This document shows, in pieces, positions 48,272-57,420 of a stretch of DNA of 64,000 nt. The position numbers were made by a program, and so were the translations under genes. This stretch comes from Verrucomicrobiota bacterium (lineage in GTDB: Bacteria; Verrucomicrobiota; Verrucomicrobiia; Limisphaerales; JADLHS01), in NCBI GenBank assembly GCA_039806955.1, contig JBDHQI010000003.1, positions 29,856-93,855 on the forward strand, in the 5' to 3' direction. The stretch's first letter is position 1, and the number at the start of each line of letters is the position of its first letter. The notes beneath the pieces are model-generated. The model saw only the letters and a list, made by a program, of their open reading frames with translations. It was not told the origin of the DNA and searched no databases.

Positions 48272-49711
48272 ATGACTGATCCGCGAACCTCTCCTCGTCC
48301 CGGGCGATTGAAACAGCTTTGGAACTGGCTGACCGCCTGGCGTTTCATCCGGCGTGCGCTGCTCACAATGGTGGTGTTCGCCACGCTGGTCGCGACGTTT
48401 TACACTGTTGAAAACTGGCGCGGCCGGCGGGCTTGGGAGCGGTGCAAGCGCGAACTCGTGGCCGCCGGTTTTGAACTGGATTGGAATAAATTCATCCCGC
48501 CGCCAATTCCAGACGGACAAAACATTTTCAAAGCCCCACACATGGAGGAATGGTTCGTCAAATCCAACACCGTCCCCGGCGGCGAGATTTCCCGGGTACT
48601 GGTCCAGCGACTCAGTAATACCAACACCACCGTTACCATCACCAATCGCCAAGTCGCGCAAAGTTATCTTGCATGGAGTGACGAACACGCGGCGGAATTT
48701 GAGGCCATCCGCGTGGCACTCCAGCGTCCGCAGGCCCGGATTGATTGTGATTATCGAGACCCGTACAAAATCGCCATTCCCAATTTCGTCAACCTGCGGG
48801 TTGTAGCCCAAGTGCTGGCACAACGGGCGCGCTGTCATCTGCTGCTGGGTGAACCGGCCGAGGCCGCCCGGGATTTGAGCCTGATATTTGAAACCCGCCG
48901 CCTGATGGAAACCCGCCCATTGACGTTGGTTGCGGCCATGATCAACGTGGCCATCACCGGCCTATACATGGAAGTCGTGAGCGAGGGAATACAACAACAG
49001 GCCTGGACGGAAACCGAGTTGAAACAACTGGAGCCGCAATTGAATCAAATCAAGCTCACACCGTTGATGCTGGCGGCTTTTCGGATGGGACTCACGGCCA
49101 CGAGTCATAGCTGGCATGAGAATCCGCGCCCTCTGTTGGAATTCTGGCGCTCGTCAAACGAGAACTCGGGCTGGAAGCGATACGCAAATCCCACATTTTG
49201 GTTCGCTCATTTCGCGCCCCGGGGCTGGTTTGACCAGAATTTGGTTGTCTTCTCCTCGTATCTCAAACGCATCACGGAAGTCTGCGTCTCGCAAGGCCGC
49301 TATTTCGAGCCCGCCAAACAGGAAAGCATCTTCAGTGAGTTGACTTCATTGCCGCAGCCACATTACAACCCGTTTGCCATCCTCGCCAACATCGGGATTC
49401 CCAATTCTCTCAAGGCCAGCCAGACCGCCGCGCGCGCTCAGGCCAAAGCTGATCAGGCGTTGATCGTTCTCGCCTTGGAAAAATTCCGTCAAGTGAACGG
49501 GCAATTCCCAACTGCGCTGGCCGCGCTGAAACCGCAGTTCCTGGCGGAAATCCCCGGCGATGTCATCAATGGCCAGCCGCTCCACTATCGGCGCGTGGAC
49601 AACGACTCTTTCCTTCTCTATTCGGTTGGTTGGAATGAAACTGACGACGGTGGCAAGACCGCCTCCTCCATTACCGAAGGCGACTGGGTCTGGCGGTATC
49701 GGTGGGAATAG
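48272..49711 (+). CDS. membrane-anchored helical-repeat protein with pseudopilin-like C-terminal module; paralogue of 45442-47190
   Basis: One TM (ALLTMVVFATLVATF). FYTVENWRGRRAWERCKRELVAAGFELDWNKFIPPPIPDGQN. The C-terminus is ALKPQFLAEIPGDVINGQPLHYRR..FLLYSVGWNETDDGG..GDWVW. Confidence 0.7.
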   Translation: MTDPRTSPRPGRLKQLWNWLTAWRFIRRALLTMVVFATLVATFYTVENWRGRRAWERCKRELVAAGFELDWNKFIPPPIPDGQNIFKAPHMEEWFVKSNTVPGGEISRVLVQRLSNTNTTVTITNRQVAQSYLAWSDEHAAEFEAIRVALQRPQARIDCDYRDPYKIAIPNFVNLRVVAQVLAQRARCHLLLGEPAEAARDLSLIFETRRLMETRPLTLVAAMINVAITGLYMEVVSEGIQQQAWTETELKQLEPQLNQIKLTPLMLAAFRMGLTATSHSWHENPRPLLEFWRSSNENSGWKRYANPTFWFAHFAPRGWFDQNLVVFSSYLKRITEVCVSQGRYFEPAKQESIFSELTSLPQPHYNPFAILANIGIPNSLKASQTAARAQAKADQALIVLALEKFRQVNGQFPTALAALKPQFLAEIPGDVINGQPLHYRRVDNDSFLLYSVGWNETDDGGKTASSITEGDWVWRYRWE

Positions 49712-49799
49712 AGGTGTCGCATTGGTTCGTCGTTTCCGTTCCGCCGGAATTCGGCGGCTTGATTCTGAACCGCGACATCCGGCACGAAGGGGCTCAGTG

Positions 49800-49870
49800 A
49801 ATGCGGAAGCATTTTGGAGTGCGGCGGAAAGCGAAGCGTCACGCCGCCATGGAAGGCTCCGGGGCGCAGG
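49800..49870. repeat. REP-like intergenic element (tentative)
   Basis: Its two strands translate to ..ECGGKRSVTPPW.. and ..VTLRFPPHSKML.. I recall these strings as signatures of a dispersed intergenic repeat in PVC/soil-bacterial genomes. Only one copy is visible here, with a short GCGGCG/CGCCGC stem. Confidence 0.3.
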
Positions 49871-50057
49871 ACAGTTTCGACGGCCCACTCCATCTGCCAG
49901 CGGGATCGCCGCCGCAACGCATGCGATCGGGGAAGACCTGCGGCGGCACCCGGGCTTCAGCGGTCGCAAGCGTGTCCGGTCGCGCGCGGTCCGGCGGGAA
50001 AATCATTTGACGCGGCGGATGGCGGTTTGTAGAGTTCGCGTCCGACTTGATCTGGGT

Positions 50058-50132
50058 TCCAGAGTAGCTCAATGGTAGAGCACGCGGCTGTTAACCGTGT
50101 GGTTGAAGGTTCGAGTCCTTCCTCTGGAGCCA
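50058..50132 (+). tRNA. tRNA-Asn (anticodon GTT), CCA encoded
   Basis: TCCAGAG TA GCTC AATGGTA GAGC A CGCGG CTGTTAA CCGTG TGGTT GAAGG TTCGAGT CCTTC CTCTGGA G CCA. All four stems pair. Confidence 0.9.
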
Positions 50133-50430
50133 TATTCAAACTCCTGTTCTCCGGGTTTTCTTCAAGGAAGGACTGGCCACTGGCAGGCACACGCGCTGGG
50201 GATCGTCAACTACTCCAGTAAATTGCCGGGAAACCGCCCGCCTGTAACTCCAATTCTTCCCACCTTAACCCAAAATCGTCGAAACCGGTTTTTAACCCGC
50301 GCTCCCCGGAAAAACGACGCTTCATGACGCTCTACACGCGGTTTTTAGAGCGGGCGAGGCTAAAGACCGGATCGCGTTCACCTGTCGGTCTGGGTTGCTT
50401 CCGGTACGCGTCGTAGTCCATATTGCCGCC

Positions 50431-51831
50431 ATGAAATTCGCCCGGAATAATTTTTCATCCCCAACGGCGTTCAACATCAATCGCCGCCAGTTTCTCAAAT
50501 CGGCCTCAGCGCTTACCGCGTTGGCGGCGCTGCCGAGCTGGGGCGCAGACGCGCTGGACTTGATCAACGGCAAACCCAAACGCGTGGGGTTGATTGGCGC
50601 GGGTTGGTACGGGAAAAGTGATTTGTGGCGGCTGATGCAGGTCGCTCCCGTTGAAGTGGTTTCCATTTGTGATCCGGACAAAAATCTGCTGGCGGGCGCG
50701 GTGGAGATGGCGAGTCAGCGGCAAAAATCCAACCGCAAGCCACGCGGGTATGGCGATTACCGCGAGATGCTGCGCGAAAAAGATTTGGACGTGGTGCTGG
50801 TCGGTTCGCCGGATCACTGGCACGCGTTGCACGCGATCGCCGCAATGGAAGCGGGCGCGGACGTTTACTGCCAGAAACCCATCAGTCGGGACGTGCGCGA
50901 AGGGGAAGCGATGCTGGACGCGGCGCGTAAATATGGGCGGGTGGTGCAGATCGGCACCCAACGCAGAAGCACACCGCATTTGATTGATGTAAAGAAGCAG
51001 GTGGTGGATGCCGGATTGTTGGGCAAGATCGGCCTCGTCGAGGTGTGTTGTTATTATCACATGCGCGCCAATGGCAATCCGCCGGTGCAGCCCGTGCCGG
51101 ATTTTCTGGATTATGAAATGTGGACCGGCCCCGCGCCGTTGCGTCCGTACGACCGGCTGCCGCATCGCAGTTGGTGGCGTACGTTCATGGAATACGGGAA
51201 CGGCATTATGGGCGACATGTGCGTTCACATGCTGGACGCCGGGCGCTGGATGCTGGATCTGGGCTGGCCGAAAGCCGTTCATTCCACGGGCGGCATCTTC
51301 GTGCAGAAGGAAGGGAAATCCAACATCGCGGACACGCAACACGCGGTGTTTGAATTCAAGGAGTTCAACGTCGCTTGGCAACACCGCACCTGGGGCAGCG
51401 CGCCCGATCCGGATTATCCGTGGGCGCTGTTTATTTATGGCGAAAAAGGCACGCTCAAGGTCAGCGTGATGCGCGCGGATTTTATTCCCATGGATCGGAA
51501 TGAAAAATCGCTGCACTTCGATTGTGTGTACGAACGCGAGCAGTATCCCGAGGATTTAACCGAGAAGGACATTGAACTTAACGCCGCTCCAGCAACGCGG
51601 CGGCACATGCTGGATTTTCTTGCGGCCATCGAAAAACGCAGCCGTCCGGTGGCGGACATCGAGGAGGGACACATTTCGACCGCCAGTTGCATTCTCGCCA
51701 ACCTGGCCATGGATCAGGGACGACCGGTGTACTACGATCCGGGGCAACGGGTGGCGTTGGGAGATGACGTTGTCACCAAATTGCTGAAGCGCGAGTATCG
51801 CGGTCCGTGGCAACATCCGAATCCAGTCTGA
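50431..51831 (+). CDS. Tat-exported Gfo/Idh/MocA family oxidoreductase
   Basis: Start moved to ATG 50431. Twin-Arg signal NINRRQFLKSASALTALAALP. Rossmann motif VGLIGAGWYG. EKP-type motif YCQKPIS. Confidence 0.9.
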   Translation: MKFARNNFSSPTAFNINRRQFLKSASALTALAALPSWGADALDLINGKPKRVGLIGAGWYGKSDLWRLMQVAPVEVVSICDPDKNLLAGAVEMASQRQKSNRKPRGYGDYREMLREKDLDVVLVGSPDHWHALHAIAAMEAGADVYCQKPISRDVREGEAMLDAARKYGRVVQIGTQRRSTPHLIDVKKQVVDAGLLGKIGLVEVCCYYHMRANGNPPVQPVPDFLDYEMWTGPAPLRPYDRLPHRSWWRTFMEYGNGIMGDMCVHMLDAGRWMLDLGWPKAVHSTGGIFVQKEGKSNIADTQHAVFEFKEFNVAWQHRTWGSAPDPDYPWALFIYGEKGTLKVSVMRADFIPMDRNEKSLHFDCVYEREQYPEDLTEKDIELNAAPATRRHMLDFLAAIEKRSRPVADIEEGHISTASCILANLAMDQGRPVYYDPGQRVALGDDVVTKLLKREYRGPWQHPNPV

Positions 51832-51876
51832 TCCGTGAGCGGTCCAGGTTGGGAATGGGAACACCCAGGTGTGACA

Positions 51877-52776
51877 ATGGCAATTGATCAACCGATGATG
51901 ACTTCATTCCGCTCCATTCGCTGTTTCGCAATCTGGTGCGCAGGATTTGGTTTGCTGGGTTCGCACCTGGCTCGCGCAGATAGCTTGACGACCGAGCATC
52001 CGTTTCCGGGCGTGTTGCTTTATTCCGAGGTGCGCACGAATCCACCGCAGTGCCTGTTTGTGGCTGAGATTGATTTGACGAACCCGCAGTTGCGGTTGTG
52101 CGTTGCGCCGGGCGGCGCGGATCCGGATGGGCCGGGCCCGTGGCAGACCACGCTGATGCATCCGACGCAAATAGCCATGCGGGAGAAATTCGATCTGGTG
52201 GTGAATGGAGATTTTTTCTCGATCCGCCGAACCAACGTCGCGGGCGCACCCAACCCCGGCTTTCGCCCCGCAGTTTGGAGTTCCGTTTTGGGACCGGCCA
52301 TGAGCGCGGGCCAGCTTTGGTCGTCGGGAACGGGCACGCGCCCGGCCTTGGTGGTGGATCGCGCGGGTCGGGTGTCCATTCGTCCCCTGCAGAAACCAGG
52401 CTCGAACGATTGGCAGATTGTTTCAGGAAACGTGATGCTGGTGCAGGCGGGGAAAGCCGTTAAACCCAATAACCAGGCGCGACACCCGCGTACTGTGGCG
52501 GGGCTGAATCAGTCGGCGACCAAACTGATTTTGCTGGTGGTTGACGGACGCAAACCGGGAATAGCGCGAGGGATGAGTTATGCCGAGCTGGCACAGGAAA
52601 TGTTGGCTCGCGGTTGCTCTGAAGCTCTGAATCTGGATGGCGGTGGCAGTTCGGTGCTGGCGGTGCGTGATCCAGATCAAAATACATTCAGGATTCTCAA
52701 TCAACCCTCGGACGGGCGCGAGCGGGCTGTGGCCAATGTGTTGGGCATCCGTGTTTCGTCGCGTAAAGATCCGTAA
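51877..52776 (+). CDS. phosphodiester glycosidase (DUF2233/NAGPA-like) family protein
   Basis: ..LVVNGDFFS.., HPRTVAGLN..LILLVVDGR.., MSYAELAQEML..GCSEALNLDGGGSSVL. The start is uncertain (51835, 51877 or 51895). Confidence 0.75.
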   Translation: MAIDQPMMTSFRSIRCFAIWCAGFGLLGSHLARADSLTTEHPFPGVLLYSEVRTNPPQCLFVAEIDLTNPQLRLCVAPGGADPDGPGPWQTTLMHPTQIAMREKFDLVVNGDFFSIRRTNVAGAPNPGFRPAVWSSVLGPAMSAGQLWSSGTGTRPALVVDRAGRVSIRPLQKPGSNDWQIVSGNVMLVQAGKAVKPNNQARHPRTVAGLNQSATKLILLVVDGRKPGIARGMSYAELAQEMLARGCSEALNLDGGGSSVLAVRDPDQNTFRILNQPSDGRERAVANVLGIRVSSRKDP

Positions 52777-52895
52777 GCTTTCCAATTCACCAGCGGGGTC
52801 ATCGCCGCCGTTGAGCGATTTACTTTCGACCCATTCAAAATCTGAACGAACGCGTTTTGGCCCGGTCGAAGAACTTGGTCAATACTGGAAATACC

Positions 52896-53171
52896 ATGAA
52901 ACAAGCACGAGTGAAAGTAGCGTGGGACCGGCGGTTTCCCATGCGGGCGACCGTTCAAATGGTGCAACTTGCGCGTCGGTTCCGTTCCCGCATCCTGTTC
53001 CGCGCGGAGGCACAGTTGGCCGACGCCCAGAGTATTTTGGGAATCTTGATCCTGGCCTCGAGCCTGGTTTCCTACATGGATGTCGAGGTTTCCGGCGACG
53101 ACGAACAAGAGGCAGTTCAAGCCATGGTTGAGCATTTCGATCGCCACCAACCGCCAGCTCAGAGCGCGTAG
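52896..53171 (+). CDS. HPr-like phosphocarrier-fold protein lacking the active-site His
   Basis: Start moved to MKQARVKV. It aligns by eye to HPr: RRFPMRATVQMV where G(I/L)HARPA is expected, ADAQSILGIL retaining the Ser46-like Ser, and VSGDDEQEAVQAMVEHF. Confidence 0.65.
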   Translation: MKQARVKVAWDRRFPMRATVQMVQLARRFRSRILFRAEAQLADAQSILGILILASSLVSYMDVEVSGDDEQEAVQAMVEHFDRHQPPAQSA

Positions 53172-53244
53172 GCGCGGCACGGGCGGCTCGGTTGGTTCTC
53201 TGATGCGAAGCGATCGGCCCCGAACGGAATGTCGAAGGTTGCAA

Positions 53245-53277
53245 TAAAAAAGCGCAGGTGAAGCACCTGCGCTTTGT
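53245..53277. terminator. bidirectional intrinsic terminator between convergent HPr-like and gnd genes
   Basis: AATAAAAA AGCGCAGGTG aag CACCTGCGCT TTGT. This is a 10-bp stem with an A-tract on one side and a T-tract on the other. Confidence 0.6.
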
Positions 53278-53345
53278 AAGACTGTAACTTCGTTGACGCT
53301 CAATTCCCCGCCTGCCGCATGGCGCGGACGGGGTTGACTCAGCCA

Positions 53346-54818
53346 TCAGACATTGTAGGTGCTGCTGCTTGTGGTACCGCCGCGCCCGGTCCAATTGGTA
53401 TGGAAAAATTCGCCGCGCGGTTTGTCCACGCGCTCGTAAGTGTGCGCGCCGAAGTAATCACGCTGCGCCTGCAACAAATTGGCCGGCAATATCGCGCTGC
53501 GATACTGATCATAAAATGCCAGTGCGGTGCTGAAGGCCGGCGCGGGGATGCCCTTCTTTGCGGCGGTGGCCACGACGTTGCGCCAGCCTTTTTGCGCCTT
53601 CTTAATTTCGGCGCGAAAATAATCATCCAGCAGCAGATTTGAGAGCTTGGGCTTGGCATCGTAAGCCGCTTTGATTTTCCCGAGGAAGCGCGAACGGATG
53701 ATGCAACCGCCCCGCCACATCAACGCAATCCCGCCGTAGTTCAAGTTCCATTTGTATTGTTGGGCCGCCGCGCGCATCAGCATGTAGCCCTGCGCGTAAC
53801 TGATGATTTTTGAAGCGTAAAGAGCGTTTTTGATGTCGTTGATAAACGCTTTTTTCTTTTCCGGATTGGTGGCAGTTGTGCCCAGGACCGGACGGGGGCC
53901 TTTCAATTTGCGCGCGGCTTTCACACGCTCGTCCTTCAAGGCGGAAACGCAACGGGAATAAACCGCTTCCGCAATCAACGTGATCGGAATCCCGAGGTCC
54001 TGCGAATTGATCACCGTCCATTTCCCCGTGCCTTTCTGGCCGGCGGTGTCGAGAATGTTGTCCACCAACGGCGTACCGTCGGCGTCTTTGTGCGCCAGGA
54101 TGTCGCGGGTGATTTCAATCAGATAACTGTCCAGCTCGCCCTGATTCCACTCGGCAAAGACGGAGTGCATTTCATCAGCGCTCATGCCCAGGCCATGCTT
54201 CATGATGTTGTAGGCTTCACAAATGAGTTGCATGTCGCCGTATTCAATGCCGTTATGCACCATCTTGACGTAATGGCCGGCGCCCTGTTCGCCGACCCAA
54301 TCGCAACACGGCGTGCCGTCCTCTACTTTGGCGGCAACGGCCTGCAATATATTTTTAACATGCGGCCAGGCGGCGGAAGAACCGCCCGGCATGATGCTGG
54401 GGCCGTGGCGCGCGCCTTCTTCACCGCCGCTCACGCCCGTGCCGATGTAGAGCAGCCCTTTGCTTTCGACATAGTGCTGGCGGCGGTTGGTATCCTCAAA
54501 GAGGGAGTTGCCGCCATCAATGATGATGTCGCCCGATTCGAGGTGCGGCAGCAGTTGTTCGATAAAATCATCCACCGGCTTGCCCGCCTTGACGAGCAGC
54601 ATCACGCGGCGGGGCCGCTTCAGCTTGGCGACCATTTCCGCGATGGAATGAGCGCCAAGGACTTTCGTGCCCCGGGCCTCATTCGCCAGAAAGTGATCCA
54701 CTTTTTCGATGGTGCGATTATAAGCCACGACGGTAAAACCGTGGTCGTTCATGTTTAAGATGAGATTCTGGCCCATGACGGCCAGACCAATGAGAGCAAT
54801 GTCACCTGTAGGTTGCAT
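53346..54818 (-). CDS. gnd: 6-phosphogluconate dehydrogenase, decarboxylating
   Basis: Start moved to ATG 54818 (MQPTGDIALIGLAVMGQNLILNMNDHGF..). It is full-length with a conserved core (IIDGGNS; GTGVSGGEEGAR; GAGHYVKMVHNGIEYGDMQ). Confidence 0.95.
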   Translation of the reverse strand: MQPTGDIALIGLAVMGQNLILNMNDHGFTVVAYNRTIEKVDHFLANEARGTKVLGAHSIAEMVAKLKRPRRVMLLVKAGKPVDDFIEQLLPHLESGDIIIDGGNSLFEDTNRRQHYVESKGLLYIGTGVSGGEEGARHGPSIMPGGSSAAWPHVKNILQAVAAKVEDGTPCCDWVGEQGAGHYVKMVHNGIEYGDMQLICEAYNIMKHGLGMSADEMHSVFAEWNQGELDSYLIEITRDILAHKDADGTPLVDNILDTAGQKGTGKWTVINSQDLGIPITLIAEAVYSRCVSALKDERVKAARKLKGPRPVLGTTATNPEKKKAFINDIKNALYASKIISYAQGYMLMRAAAQQYKWNLNYGGIALMWRGGCIIRSRFLGKIKAAYDAKPKLSNLLLDDYFRAEIKKAQKGWRNVVATAAKKGIPAPAFSTALAFYDQYRSAILPANLLQAQRDYFGAHTYERVDKPRGEFFHTNWTGRGGTTSSSTYNV

Positions 54819-55004
54819 ATTCGTAGTCGTTTTGAATGGAAACCAAACCAGGGAACCATACAAAAGTTCCGCCGTCCCGCCAGAAGATTTATGGGCTGCA
54901 AAATTTACCAGGAAGAACGGAACGAGTCAGTGTGGCCAGCTCTCTGACCGAGACGGGGCAGAATCGGGGCGGATTTCGATTGAGTGGCGACGTTTAATCG
55001 AGGT

Positions 55005-55508
55005 TCAACTCGCGCCGAGCTGCAAACGGGTGTCGTTCTCCAGCAGGGTTTGGAGATTCGACCAGTTCGCCTCATTCATTCCGTTGAAAGCGTTCAGATA
55101 AACCGCCACAGCTTCCGGCGGATACTTGGCCAGCAACGCTTCCACGGCCGCCTTCAATTTTTCATCGCTCATGGATTCCGGCAGATCTTCCACCACGCCA
55201 TTTTCGTTCGGGATCTCCAAGGCGTTGAGAAAATCTGTCAGCATGGATTGATATTTTTTGACGAGCCAGGTACGAAGCAGCGTGCCGGCGGCGGCGTCCA
55301 AATTCGGTCGGGCGAGGGTACTCAACATGGTGGCATGACGCTCGTTGCGTTCGCGACGCTCGAGAAAAACCGGCCGCACCCGACGCGCCTCGGCCACGGC
55401 TTGCAGAACCGCGCGATACGTGGGCTTCTCCGATTCGTGAGCAAAGGTAAGAATTTCACTCGCCAGCGCGGGCGACATGAAGCCGAACAATTCGTAAGAC
55501 TTGAACAT
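55005..55508 (-). CDS. conserved hypothetical helical protein
   Basis: Start moved to ATG 55508 (MFKSYELFGFMSP..). Balanced composition. No family recognised. Confidence 0.55.
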   Translation of the reverse strand: MFKSYELFGFMSPALASEILTFAHESEKPTYRAVLQAVAEARRVRPVFLERRERNERHATMLSTLARPNLDAAAGTLLRTWLVKKYQSMLTDFLNALEIPNENGVVEDLPESMSDEKLKAAVEALLAKYPPEAVAVYLNAFNGMNEANWSNLQTLLENDTRLQLGAS

Positions 55509-55662
55509 CGTTAGGGAGGTTAAGTTCTGAAGTCTGCGGTCTTTGGTCAAGCGGCGAGTTTTGACGACCCGGTCGCCTATGGCGGTTCGCGGGCCGGGTT
55601 CAAGCCAGCCTGGCGGGAAAGTTTGCTTCGGTTACTCGATATCCGCTATAAACCTGCGCCAC

Positions 55663-56331
55663 ATGAGAGAACTGTTACAACCAATCGTGGACTGGTATTT
55701 CAGCGTCCTCAGCACGTGGGGCGTTTGGGCCGTGGTGCTGTTGATGGCGGTGGAGAGTTCCATTGTCCCGTTGCCCAGTGAAGTGGTGATTCCCCCTGCC
55801 GCGCATCTGGCCTGGACGGGCGAAGGTATCTCCTGTTTGGGCTGGCGCTTGAGCGGCTGGCCAGCTCAAGGCGCGATCGTAGCGGCCGGCACGCTGGGGT
55901 CCTGGCTGGGCGCAGCGTTGATGTACTGGGTGTCGCGGATCGCAGGGCGTCCGTTTGTCCTGCGGTACGGAAAGTTTCTTTTCATCGGTCCGGAAAAGGT
56001 GAAAGGCGCGGAGCGTTGGGCGGCGCATTACGGCGCCATGGGAATTTTCGCCGCGCGATTGTTGCCCGTGGTGCGGCATCTCATCGGGATTCCCGCCGGC
56101 ATCGTGCGGATGAATTTTTGGAAGTATTCGTTCTACACCGTGCTGGGATCGGCGCTTTGGTCGGCGGTGTTATGCTGGCTGGGCGTGAAAATCGGCGGGG
56201 ACATCAGCAACGGAGAAATGCACCAGGTGACGTTCTGGCTGGTCGGTTTTGTGGGCGTGGTTGGCATCCTTTATTACTTTTTCGTGCATCGCCACATGAA
56301 GCCACCGTCGTCCAATGATGCCGCCGATTAA
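55663..56331 (+). CDS. DedA family membrane protein
   Basis: Start moved to ATG 55663 (MRELLQPIVDWYF..). ..AVESSIVPLPSEVVIPPAA.. and ..RLLPVVRHLIGIPAGI.. are DedA signatures. Confidence 0.85.
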   Translation: MRELLQPIVDWYFSVLSTWGVWAVVLLMAVESSIVPLPSEVVIPPAAHLAWTGEGISCLGWRLSGWPAQGAIVAAGTLGSWLGAALMYWVSRIAGRPFVLRYGKFLFIGPEKVKGAERWAAHYGAMGIFAARLLPVVRHLIGIPAGIVRMNFWKYSFYTVLGSALWSAVLCWLGVKIGGDISNGEMHQVTFWLVGFVGVVGILYYFFVHRHMKPPSSNDAAD

Positions 56332-56339
56332 GAAGCGGA

Positions 56340-56993
56340 TTAAATCGGCAGGCGGCGCGGCGGCGGCGCCTTGACGAAGGTTGTTTCCCGGAGGTAAATG
56401 GGCGTCAGATTTTCCGCAGTCACGAAATCCGGGCGCTGAGCCGCGAGTTGAGCCAGCAGGGTGGCGGAGGGGAAAACATCCCGTCCGCGCGGAAACCATC
56501 GCGTCACCCCCGGGCCGACGATCAACTCTCCCGCGCTGGCGCGGTGTTCCACTTCGGCACGCGTGACGATTTGCAAGGGCGTCATCACGCGCGCGTGCCC
56601 CGACTCAGCAAGATAACTGGCGCGATAAAATTCACCGCGCTGTGCATCCACTACGATCTGAAACTTGCCTTCCTTTTCCTGAATCGCAGTTTGCGCCGCC
56701 ATGCACTTCACGCTGCTGATTCCGAGTAGTTTTGCGTCGGTGACCAAATGCCAGCCTTGCGCCAGCGCGATCGCCACGCGGATTCCCGTATAGGACCCCG
56801 GCCCGATTCCAATTGCCAGAACGTCGATGTCTTCCCGGCGCAGCGCAGCGGCTTGCAAGGCGGATTCGATCAGATCGAAAGGGCGCATTTCATGGCCGGG
56901 CCGCTGTTCCGCCACTTCCCGAACACTTCCGCTCCCGTTCCAAACGGCGGCGCTCCGTCGCGCGGAACTGAAATCAAGCGCCAGAATCCTCAT
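56340..56993 (-). CDS. tsaB: tRNA t6A37 biosynthesis protein TsaB
   Basis: MRILALDFSSARRSAAVW.. and IDVLAIGIGPGSYTGIRVAIALAQGW. Confidence 0.85.
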   Translation of the reverse strand: MRILALDFSSARRSAAVWNGSGSVREVAEQRPGHEMRPFDLIESALQAAALRREDIDVLAIGIGPGSYTGIRVAIALAQGWHLVTDAKLLGISSVKCMAAQTAIQEKEGKFQIVVDAQRGEFYRASYLAESGHARVMTPLQIVTRAEVEHRASAGELIVGPGVTRWFPRGRDVFPSATLLAQLAAQRPDFVTAENLTPIYLRETTFVKAPPPRRLPI

Positions 56994-57420
56994 AAGTAAT
57001 GCGTCGTTCCGTTTCACCAATCACTTCGATCTGTGCGCGCCAGGGCGGTATCGGCGCGCTTTTTTTCCAGGTCGCCCAATTGCCCGGCAGGCGTTCGGCC
57101 CATTCGATGACGGCCACGCCATCGGGTTGCAAAAACTCTTCCAAACCCGCGCCGTGGATTTGTTCCGGCGTTTCGAGCCGATACAGGTCCAGATGAAATA
57201 ATTTCAACCGGCCACCCGGATACTCATTAACCAGAGTGAAGGTGGGCGAATGTACTCGTGCGGTGGCGCCCAGCCCCCGCGCAAGGCCGCGCACCAACTG
57301 GGTTTTGCCCGCGCCGAGATCACCGCTCAAGGCGATCACCAAACCGTGCCGCGCTTGGCGACCCCACTCGAAGCCGAACCGTTCGGTGTCCACCGGACTA
57401 TGAGAAATGAACATACCCAT
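56974..57420 (-). CDS. tsaE: tRNA t6A37 biosynthesis ATPase TsaE
   Basis: LSGDLGAGKTQLVRGLARGLG, SPTFTLVNEY and LFHLDLYRL. The start is 57420 or 57414. Confidence 0.85.
   Translation of the reverse strand: MGMFISHSPVDTERFGFEWGRQARHGLVIALSGDLGAGKTQLVRGLARGLGATARVHSPTFTLVNEYPGGRLKLFHLDLYRLETPEQIHGAGLEEFLQPDGVAVIEWAERLPGNWATWKKSAPIPPWRAQIEVIGETERRITYEDSGA

Noticed and set aside
45604-48838. 477-aa and 324-aa minus-strand ORFs (45604-47037, 47864-48838)
   Set aside because: They are antisense to the paralogous large membrane proteins and the sigma/anti-sigma genes. The paralogy supports the plus-strand frames.
50506-51516. 336-aa minus-strand ORF
   Set aside because: It is antisense to the Gfo/Idh/MocA oxidoreductase, which has Tat signal and Rossmann motifs.
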